A stretch of 12,929 bases of DNA from Myxococcota bacterium. Lineage in GTDB: Bacteria; Myxococcota; SpSt-1050. The notes under the pieces were generated by a model. It saw only the letters and a list, made by a program, of their open reading frames with translations. It had not been told where the DNA came from and made no database searches. Made by a program: the position numbers and the translations under genes. This document shows positions 1-7,159 of this stretch, one piece after another. The DNA lies in assembly GCA_049969675.1 (NCBI GenBank), contig JBMFOP010000086.1, forward strand, positions 1 to 12,929, given 5' to 3'. Each line of letters starts with the position of its first letter. The first letter of the stretch is position 1.

Positions 1-7
1 TTACTAA

Positions 8-240
8 GCTACGCTTTGCTTCGCCTTTTCACCTACACGGCGCGATGCTTCACTTCGTTCAGCCATTTCCAAAGGGAGGTCTCCCTTTGAATCCCCCATT
101 TTTTATTTTTTGATGCAATGCCTATCGGCACGAGCCCTTATGGACACAAGACCACATGGCACTTGTGGTTTTATGTTATTTTTATTGTGCTGTGCTTACG
201 CATATGCACATCCTGCTTCGCTTTGCTCAGCAGATGATTC
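8..240. repeat. Cluster of REP-like palindromes and hairpins
   Basis: Three related 17-mers: GCTACGCTTTGCTTCGC (8-24), GCTTCACTTCGTTCAGC (47-63), GCTTCGCTTTGCTCAGC (215-231). Further hairpins: CAAAGGGA-ggtc-TCCCTTTG (70-89), TGCC-tatc-GGCA (119-130), AAGACCACA-N7-TGTGGTTTT (148-172). Two T-rich linkers lie between them. Confidence 0.55.
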
Positions 241-702
241 GCACTGAATAAATTTTATGAGCCTTAAACATAAATCGGAAATAAATCAAAATTTCTCAAA
301 ACTACGAACTTAATCAATTTAAATTTAATGCATTGCCACTCTTGTCCAAAATAATTTGATTTGAGAAGTTAACTATTTGTAAAACAATGAATAAACCAGC
401 CATGATTCGCAAAATAACATCGCTATAAATTGCCCCCAGCAACCGAAATCACTTTGCTCCCTTATCAACCTTTGTCTTTGATAATATCTTAGGAAAAATC
501 CATAGAATTTTTTCACCAAATAGAGATTTTTCACCAACTGAGAGGAAATTGGGTTCATTTAACAATTTTATTCGGAATTCCAAAATATTCAATTCACGCC
601 GAACAAGAATATTTGTTGAGAATATTTTTTTATAATCTGCAATTTAAAAGTCTGAGGATACTATTTAGTCCAACAATAACCTTCACAAAAAATGGTATTT
701 AT

Positions 703-1788
703 TCACTGAAATCTCTCTTCTGTACAGTTTGTAGAATTATCACAGCTCTTATCTGACGAGCGCACCCTATTCAAATTCGGTTCTTCTCCGGCGCAGCTCC
801 TGTTCATAATACTTGCGGCCGCAACCCTCAAATCTATCAGATTCTGACTACCAAATATCCTTTTAATCTCTCTCCCGAGGCTGTCATAAAGTATTATGGT
901 TGGAACGACATTGATGCCGAGTCTCTGTTTCAAATATGGCTCATCTTCTAAGTAGACCTCCGAAATCTCCACATCCATACCTTTGCAGTCCTCTCTGATA
1001 TCAGGCAATACAGTGTGTAATTTTTTACATTCGGGACAGGATTTTGAAAAGACAAATAACATCTCTGGCTTATCCCTGTGGATACTTAAGTTTCTGGTCT
1101 CTATATGTTTTGTATTAAAACTCAATTGTGGTAGATTTGAATATAAAAGGATTAATCCACCTGCAATCAGCATCAATCCACCTGCTTTCTGAACGATAGG
1201 CATAAAGCGATAAATCTTTTTTATCTTCGGAATCAATGAATCAGCAAAGATAGATAAGATTATAAAAGGTGTCAGAATGCCAAGACTGAATATCCCCATT
1301 AAAATTGCACCTGAAATAATATTTGCAGATTTTAGTGCAACAAATGTAAGGACCGATCCCAGAACAGGACCTGCACAGGGGGACCAACCTGCTGCAAAGA
1401 CTATTCCGGCTATTAAGGATGTAAATCTGCTCCCACCCTTCATTACATAACCCTCATTTAGCCTGTATTCCCGCAATAAAAATGGTATTTTCAAAAATCC
1501 AGAATATAAAAATCCCATTAGAATTATTATCAAGGCGCCCACTGTGGAGATGATTACCTTATTGCTTATAATTATTCTACTTATTGAGGCAGCACCGAGT
1601 CCCATCAGAATAAATAGGCTTGAAAAACCAACCCCAAATATCAGGGTTTGAAAAAGTATATTAAACCTGCTCTTTAGATTTCCCGAATTTGCAAAAATAC
1701 CCAGATATACTGGAATGACCGGTAATATGCAAGGTGTAAATACAGTCGCTATACCACCTACAAATACTGTAAAAACATCTGGATACAT
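703..1788 (-). CDS. ccdA: Cytochrome c biogenesis CcdA/DsbD transmembrane domain fused to a C-terminal thioredoxin-like domain
   Basis: About six TM segments with the conserved TPCILP and WSPCAGP redox motifs. A CPEC (CXXC) thioredoxin fold with the VPT cis-Pro loop follows. Confidence 0.9.
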   Translation of the reverse strand: MYPDVFTVFVGGIATVFTPCILPVIPVYLGIFANSGNLKSRFNILFQTLIFGVGFSSLFILMGLGAASISRIIISNKVIISTVGALIIILMGFLYSGFLKIPFLLREYRLNEGYVMKGGSRFTSLIAGIVFAAGWSPCAGPVLGSVLTFVALKSANIISGAILMGIFSLGILTPFIILSIFADSLIPKIKKIYRFMPIVQKAGGLMLIAGGLILLYSNLPQLSFNTKHIETRNLSIHRDKPEMLFVFSKSCPECKKLHTVLPDIREDCKGMDVEISEVYLEDEPYLKQRLGINVVPTIILYDSLGREIKRIFGSQNLIDLRVAAASIMNRSCAGEEPNLNRVRSSDKSCDNSTNCTEERFQ

Positions 1789-1949
1789 AACTTATAATAA
1801 GATGCAATTTTTACAAATTAGATTCAGATGGGATGCAGAGCAGCAAAGATTTTACGCAGTCATTTATGTTTTGTACCCAGAGATATTTGATGATAAAAAG
1901 TATTCTTTAAGTTTTCTGAAAATAATTAAGTAATACTTAAAATCACCCA

Positions 1950-2440
1950 TTATTGACAGAGTTTATATATAGTATTTGATACTGTTCCACCATTGTTAAC
2001 ATACACATCGCAAACTTTACCATCTGCAAATCTACAATTATTCAATGTAAGTGATGCCCCCTCATCCACCCCGACCTGGCCATAATCATTTCCGCCTCCA
2101 TGAGAGATATTCACAAAGTCCCAGATATTATTGTTATTTGAGGTACCATAAATATCAATCTCATTCCAATCACCACAGCCGATGGTGACGATTTTGCACT
2201 CTTAATAGTAATATTCTCATTTGGGGTGCCTTTTAACCTCAGTGAACCAGAATCGCTTATTGTAATCTTCATATTTGGAGAAATAAGGAATACAACCCCG
2301 GCCTCTACTTTAATATTGGACTTAAAATATACATTCTGTTTAATCTCAAATGGGATTCCAGTATTCTTCCATACACCATCTTTTGTAGTATCTCTACCTC
2401 TCACCAGAATCGTATTTTTTCGATTATTTGATGAATGAGG
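1950..2440 (-). pseudogene. 5'-truncated, frameshifted remnant of a parallel beta-helix-type secreted/surface protein
   Basis: One frame reads ...NTILVRGRDTTKDGVWKNTGIPF...GSLRLKGTPNENITIKSAKSSPSA. After a frameshift near 2175-2177 it continues GDWNEIDIYGTSNNNNIWDFVNISHGGGNDYGQV...LCQ* (stop 1950-1952). The join restores a typical 'G-T..I.F/I.S....P..GDW..I' beta-helix repeat. No signal peptide or RBS is present. Confidence 0.7.
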
Positions 2441-2464
2441 AAAGAAATAGGAAGAAAAAGCCCA

Positions 2465-3205
2465 TCATTCAAATATTAGATATCCCCAATCTTTGAGTGA
2501 ATGAAAGTCCCAATTCGGAGTTGGGAAGAGGGCATGTGCCTCTGTAATCTTATTCCTTGCTGGCCTTTCAAATCTAAACATATCAATCCTGTATCTGGTC
2601 CCCTTTGAAGGTTTTGGTTTATTAATCTTCTCAAAAGGTATCATCATCTCAACTGTATATCCCTTATCTACATCATCTCTCTTATTTAATGTCCCGTCAA
2701 TGTGTACAGCACTAATAAAACCACTCTGATATGCCATTGCCTTCTTCAGATCCGAGCGATGATATTCAAAATATGCATCAAAATGAACATTTGCAGGAGA
2801 TACCTGAAATTCATAATATGTCTGATTGTCATCTTCAGGGTCAACAAAGAACTCAACTACTTCTTCATTATATATGGGGTCATCATCATTCTTATATCCT
2901 GCCCAGATGTCAGGGTCTTCTACATCAAATGCAATATAAAGATTCTTATCATCGTAAAAAATAGCAGCCCTTGTCTTAAATCGTGGTTTTGTTGGGTCTC
3001 CGTTGGCAGATACAAAATACGGTGTCCATCTTGCAGTCCTGTATACCTCCTCATCAAGTCTTCCATCAATTTTAAGTGGTGTTGTTATATAAAGGGCATT
3101 AACAGCGTTTTCATCTGCATAATATTTATCTGCGCATTTTGTACATCCACAAATCTGGATTATACACAACAAAAATATTGCTGACAGATGATATCCTATT
3201 CTCAT
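2465..3205 (-). CDS. Carbohydrate-binding module family 9-like (DOMON-like) protein, probable lipoprotein
   Basis: Motifs KIDGRLDE..., YDDKNLYIAFDVED, EVVEFFVDP, YYEFQVSP and YTVEMMIPF. Hydrophobic N-terminus with lipobox-like ICGC. RBS GGAGG upstream. Confidence 0.85.
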   Translation of the reverse strand: MRIGYHLSAIFLLCIIQICGCTKCADKYYADENAVNALYITTPLKIDGRLDEEVYRTARWTPYFVSANGDPTKPRFKTRAAIFYDDKNLYIAFDVEDPDIWAGYKNDDDPIYNEEVVEFFVDPEDDNQTYYEFQVSPANVHFDAYFEYHRSDLKKAMAYQSGFISAVHIDGTLNKRDDVDKGYTVEMMIPFEKINKPKPSKGTRYRIDMFRFERPARNKITEAHALFPTPNWDFHSLKDWGYLIFE

Positions 3206-3310
3206 AAAAATCCTCCGACCTTCCTTAATAACATAAAAGAGAAATTTTTACAGCCTTAAAGACCTTCCCGTTTCTTTTTTGAGATAGAGGGTTTATCATT
3301 TTACAAACAG

Positions 3311-4486
3311 TTAATTTCTCAAAGCAGATTGTTCTGGACAGCAGCGAAATTTCATTAACTCAAAGTAGTAATTCAGAATTTCTGTAGTCACATTCTTCCA
3401 CGAATATCTCTCAGCAAGTCTGCGGCCATTTGCACCCAATCTCCTCCTCAAATCCTCATCTTTGATTAATTTAATTAGAGTCTCTCCAAATTCCTTCTCA
3501 TCCGCTGTGTTAATTAAAAAGCCGTTTTCACCATTTGAAAAGATTGAAGGAAAACCTGCACCTGCGGTTGTGACAAATGGAAGTGCTGCTGCGCAACCCT
3601 CAAGAAGAGTTATTCCAAATGAGGCAATTGTTGCGGGGAAGCAAAGTATATGTGAAGAGGAAAAATATTCTGGCCTACCACCATTGAGGGCACCTGTAAA
3701 TATAACATCAGTCTTATATCTCACTGGTACCATATCTTCATAAATCTTTCTTAGTGGTCCATCTCCTATCGCAATAACTCTCACATTATCAATCCCTTTC
3801 TCTCTTACATAGATAAATGCCTTAATCAGTCTATCCAGACCATTTCTCGGCTCCATCCTGCCAACAAATAGTAGATTGATCTTACCATCAGAGAGGGCGG
3901 GTATCTTCTGCACCGATGGTGAGAACATCTCAGTATCTACGCCATTTGGAATAATCTTAAACTCTTTTTTGGGATTTAAATAATTCTTCACAGTGGTTAT
4001 CGCAGTCTCTGAAACGGCAATCATTCCATCCAGTCGTTCAATACCCATTTTTAAAAATGGTTTAAAGACGGTAAAGAAGAGAGACCTCTCAAAATTTGTA
4101 TGAAATGTCCCGACTGTTAATGTGTTTGATTTAGAAAGTGCCAATATCGGAAGCACGGGGTGCAGAGGAGAGTGGATGTGAAGAACATCATATCTCTCTC
4201 CTTCAAGGACATTTCTTACTTTTTTCGCAATATTGGGGGCAAGACTTACTCTGCCAATTGAATTATTTGAGACTATAGGCAATGAATAACCAATTCTGAT
4301 AACCTTTACCTGTTCATTATATACATCATATCCGAGATCCGCTCCTATGACATTTGAGGTGATGATATGAACCTCATGCCCCCTTTTTGCGGCCTCTTTT
4401 GAGAAATGATATACATGCTCCTGAATCCCCCCGAGTGTCGGATAATAATATTCTGTTACAATTCCTATCTTGAGTCTCTTCTGCAT
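3311..4486 (-). CDS. GT4 family (GT-B) glycosyltransferase, PimA-like (phosphatidyl-myo-inositol mannosyltransferase-like)
   Basis: Motifs GGIQEHV, DVLHIH, VGTFHT, IIPNGVD, LFVGRMEPRNG, SFGITLLEG and YSW. It lies downstream of a PIP-synthase-like gene, as pimA does. Confidence 0.85.
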   Translation of the reverse strand: MQKRLKIGIVTEYYYPTLGGIQEHVYHFSKEAAKRGHEVHIITSNVIGADLGYDVYNEQVKVIRIGYSLPIVSNNSIGRVSLAPNIAKKVRNVLEGERYDVLHIHSPLHPVLPILALSKSNTLTVGTFHTNFERSLFFTVFKPFLKMGIERLDGMIAVSETAITTVKNYLNPKKEFKIIPNGVDTEMFSPSVQKIPALSDGKINLLFVGRMEPRNGLDRLIKAFIYVREKGIDNVRVIAIGDGPLRKIYEDMVPVRYKTDVIFTGALNGGRPEYFSSSHILCFPATIASFGITLLEGCAAALPFVTTAGAGFPSIFSNGENGFLINTADEKEFGETLIKLIKDEDLRRRLGANGRRLAERYSWKNVTTEILNYYFELMKFRCCPEQSALRN

Positions 4487-4504
4487 TTGAAATTAAGGAA
4501 TTTC

Positions 4505-4654
4505 TTACTGATTTCCCTCAATCTCCCATACCCGCGCATTAATGAATGTCAAAATAATCGCCCCCACAAGCACAGTATTGTATGGGACCACTGAGAGCTT
4601 CCAGAGTCGCTTCTTGAGTTCAGGGGAATTAATTTTTACAAGTCTCTTTATCAT
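4505..4654 (-). CDS. Small (49 aa) single-TM membrane protein
   Basis: RBS GAGGAG overlaps the upstream stop and sits 6 nt before an ATG at 4654. Sequence: MIKRLVKINSPELKKRLWKLSVVPYNTVLVGAIILTFINARVWEIEGNQ, a basic N-terminus followed by a hydrophobic segment. It fills the operon gap. Confidence 0.65.
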   Translation of the reverse strand: MIKRLVKINSPELKKRLWKLSVVPYNTVLVGAIILTFINARVWEIEGNQ

Positions 4655-4664
4655 AAAAGGCTCC

Positions 4665-5450
4665 TCACTTATTATTTGCCCTATCAATCCCTCTCAATTT
4701 ACCGAGGGTAAAGAAGAATCTCCTTATGGCAGTTATATTTGAAAAGAGTGCAATTATAAACAACGCAATAATCATAAGATGATACATTGGGTGAAGAACA
4801 TCTGGCTCTAAAACTGTGGCAACAATCGGTGAGAGTACCGCTCCAAATCCGGTATAGACTATCCTCTCCGCCCTCTGCATATTCCCTACTTTGCAATCTA
4901 CATTGAGTGCCTCAGACCTTGCCCTTGTATAACTGACCATAAGAGAGCCTGCAATTGCAAAATAGACCAGATATTCAACCGGTGTCCCGTTGTAATATGA
5001 GGCAAGTCCGGCAAATGTGAATATTTCGGTAAATCTGTCAATATTTGAATCTAAAAATGCCCCGTACTTCCTTGTCGTCTTTAGCGCCCTTGCAACAGCA
5101 CCGTCCAGAATATCACAGGTACCACCGGCAAATATCAACCAGCCAGCGAGCGCAAACCAGCCGAAGTGAAAGGCCACTCCAGCCCCAATACCAAAAAGGA
5201 GAGAGACAACCGTAATAATATCGGGTGAGAGCCTTGCACTTACAAATATCCTCTGAACTGGATTGACTATCAACCAGAACCAATACTCCATAAAGAACCT
5301 TCCCAAGAATACTGTCTCGCCTTTATCTGTTATCCTCTGCGTATTTGGCATTCCATAGACCAGTGTCTTGATGTAAAAGGCTATCAGCATTAGAAGAAAA
5401 AAAGATGCCAATATGGTAAACGGTAGAATCGTTATAAGGAAAACATCCAT
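4665..5450 (-). CDS. CDP-alcohol phosphatidyltransferase, phosphatidylinositol(-phosphate) synthase-like
   Basis: Signature DILDGAVAR...GAFLDSNIDR. The segment SYTRARSE...GNMQRAER is typical of the PIP-synthase clade. Start placed at ATG 5450 (MDVFL), which follows RBS AGGAGG, rather than the TTG at 5504. Confidence 0.9.
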   Translation of the reverse strand: MDVFLITILPFTILASFFLLMLIAFYIKTLVYGMPNTQRITDKGETVFLGRFFMEYWFWLIVNPVQRIFVSARLSPDIITVVSLLFGIGAGVAFHFGWFALAGWLIFAGGTCDILDGAVARALKTTRKYGAFLDSNIDRFTEIFTFAGLASYYNGTPVEYLVYFAIAGSLMVSYTRARSEALNVDCKVGNMQRAERIVYTGFGAVLSPIVATVLEPDVLHPMYHLMIIALFIIALFSNITAIRRFFFTLGKLRGIDRANNK

Positions 5451-5499
5451 AAAAGTACTCCTCCTAAGAACAACCCAATGAGGGCGAATTCTTTCTGCT

Positions 5500-5515
5500 A
5501 TCAAGAGATGTGCCA
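5500..5515 (-). promoter_or_regulatory. sigma54 (RpoN) -24/-12 promoter
   Basis: Minus strand reads CTGGCAC-ATCTC-TTGAT versus consensus TGGCAC-N5-TTGCW (one mismatch at -12). It lies 50 bp upstream of the start codon. Confidence 0.65.
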
Positions 5516-5532
5516 GAAAAAATATGTATAAA

Positions 5533-5545
5533 TATCAATTAGTTA
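5533..5545 (+). promoter_or_regulatory. IHF binding site
   Basis: TATCAATTAGTTA is an exact match to WATCAANNNNTTR with an A/T-rich upstream flank. It lies between the sigma54 box and the upstream palindrome. Confidence 0.6.
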
Positions 5546-5586
5546 AGCATAAACTAATTTGAAATTTTTAGGGAAAAAGAGAGACA

Positions 5587-5604
5587 GTGTGAATCTTTTC
5601 ACAC
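5587..5604. promoter_or_regulatory. Palindromic activator site (enhancer-binding protein UAS or CRP/FNR-family box)
   Basis: GTGTGAA-TCTT-TTCACAC fits both TGT-N10-ACA and TGTGA-N6-TCACA. It is centred about 105 bp upstream of the inferred start site. Confidence 0.55.
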
Positions 5605-5787
5605 CCCGAACCTCAAATAAAATGAGGTAAAAAATAATGGTGTTTAAATAAAATCACCACTGTCCAAAATAATCCTTGTTGACAGGTTAAATTTTAGACA
5701 GGTAAATCCATATTCTCAAAATCAGGTTGCCCTCCTCTCTTCAATACATTATCTATTAAAATGCTGTCCAACTTTAAATATCTTTTA

Positions 5788-5815
5788 GTAAGGGCTAATA
5801 ATCATTAGCCCCTAC
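5788..5815. repeat. GTAG-type REP palindrome
   Basis: Minus strand GTAGGGGCTAATGATTATTAGCCCTTAC forms a 12-bp stem with one mismatch. It begins with the GTAG tetranucleotide typical of RAYT-associated REPs. Confidence 0.65.
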
Positions 5816-5901
5816 AATGGTTACATCTGGCACAATTGGTGGGGTCTTTATGGATTTATTCATTCCAAAAAATTTTTGTATGGTAAACCACGTTTGAAAT
5901 T

Positions 5902-6187
5902 TATTGCTACTAATTGCATTCAACAACTAAAATCACTTTACCCCCATATTAACCTTCGTCTCCTCTACCGCCTTATTAAAATAATAATTCTATAGAATTT
6001 GCTTAAGCCAATCATAGATTTGTCCAGAGATACTACTTTCCCCTCTTGTAGAGGGGTGTCAGAGATGACGGGGTGTTTATATATAGTAAGTCTCTTTTCA
6101 GGGTCTTTGTTTGAAAAAAATTCTACCCTATCGGGGCTCCCATATCAAAAAAATTATTTTGGATTGATTTGATTTTGGACTGATGTG
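5902..6187. repeat. Dispersed ~285 bp non-coding element, copy 1
   Basis: Aligns in direct orientation to 11291-11560. The first ~172 nt are gapless with about 21 mismatches by hand count. Internal core CCCCTC-ttgta-GAGGGG-t-GTCA-gaga-TGAC-GGGG. Confidence 0.9.
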
Positions 6188-6273
6188 AAATAGAATAAAA
6201 GAAAAGATTCAAATTTTTTGATTTACAAATTTTTACTATTCAAATAGATAACATCTCCTTCGGAGGTGATTTT

Positions 6274-6504
6274 ATGTATCTAATTGGCAAGGTTACCTAT
6301 TCGCAGATTCACTCTCTCTTTCCGAGAGAGGCATCCCTCGTGAAGATAATTAGCAAGAAGAAATTTGATGATTACAATGCCGCAATGGAATATATAAGTA
6401 AATTGCAGATAGGGGGAGATTATACTTTCGTCCCCGTAGAAATTGATGATGATACCCCATCTCAAAAGAATAGAAAAATTCAACTTAAGAGGAAGAAAGG
6501 ATAG
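6274..6504 (+). CDS. Small hypothetical protein (76 aa) with a basic C-terminus
   Basis: Strong RBS GGAGGT upstream of the ATG. Protein-like composition. Co-oriented with the PilZ gene. Confidence 0.7.
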   Translation: MYLIGKVTYSQIHSLFPREASLVKIISKKKFDDYNAAMEYISKLQIGGDYTFVPVEIDDDTPSQKNRKIQLKRKKG

Positions 6505-6548
6505 GGATTGTCAAAAACTTGCCATATTTATAGATTTGTGTTTTAATA

Positions 6549-7157
6549 ATGCCTATGTTAGGAAGTGAAAAGAGACAGCATAGAAGAGCCCCTACATCCT
6601 TCTCTGTAGAATATAAAGTTGGAGAGAGTGTTGGTAGATGCATCGCCACAGATATCTCTCAGAATGGAATATTTTTAAATATTAATCCGCCTCCAGAGAT
6701 TGGAAGCAGAATATATCTCTCATTTGTCCTACCTGGATATTCAAAATTACCACCGCTTAAGATTGTTGGAAAAGTAGTGAGAATAGTTAAGGCCGGCGAA
6801 GGTCAAATCCCCGGCATTGGAGTTGAATTTGACTTAATATATGCTGAATCAAGGGAGACCATTCGCTCATTTATTAGAAGAATTCTTGGACCTACTGTGG
6901 TAATCTCAAAATCCAGAGATATCCCATCAAAAGGGAGACACTATAAACTTGACTATAAGAATGTCGCAGAAAAGGGGCCTTTTGAGACTGAGGCTACAGC
7001 AGATGATGAAAAAGATATAAATGAGTTCAAATCTCTAAAGATATCACAGATAGATACTACAAAAGGCATCTCATATATCAAAATTTCTTTTATCGTACTT
7101 CTGGCTGGAATAATTGGCTACTCACTCTATATCATCGCCAAATATCTAATGAAATAG
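6549..7157 (+). CDS. PilZ domain protein with C-terminal membrane anchor (putative c-di-GMP receptor)
   Basis: RQHRR (RxxxR) and DISQNG (D/NxSxxG) motifs and the GIGVEF strand. C-terminal TM helix. The true start may be ATG 6555. Confidence 0.85.
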   Translation: MPMLGSEKRQHRRAPTSFSVEYKVGESVGRCIATDISQNGIFLNINPPPEIGSRIYLSFVLPGYSKLPPLKIVGKVVRIVKAGEGQIPGIGVEFDLIYAESRETIRSFIRRILGPTVVISKSRDIPSKGRHYKLDYKNVAEKGPFETEATADDEKDINEFKSLKISQIDTTKGISYIKISFIVLLAGIIGYSLYIIAKYLMK

Positions 7158-7159
7158 TG

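Noticed and set aside
1..260. CRISPR array or tRNA
   Set aside because: The repeats are degenerate and irregularly spaced, no cloverleaf is evident, and no cas genes are in the window.
373..558. 61-aa minus-strand ORF
   Set aside because: No RBS or recognisable motif. It lies in AT-rich intergenic DNA next to a repeat-end motif.
5451..5504. Longer TTG start for the phosphatidyltransferase
   Set aside because: That TTG is part of the putative -12 box, and a strong AGGAGG precedes ATG 5450.
5828..5843. Second sigma54-like TGGCAC on the plus strand
   Set aside because: The -12 element is GTGGG, not TTGC, and the nearest gene is over 400 bp away.
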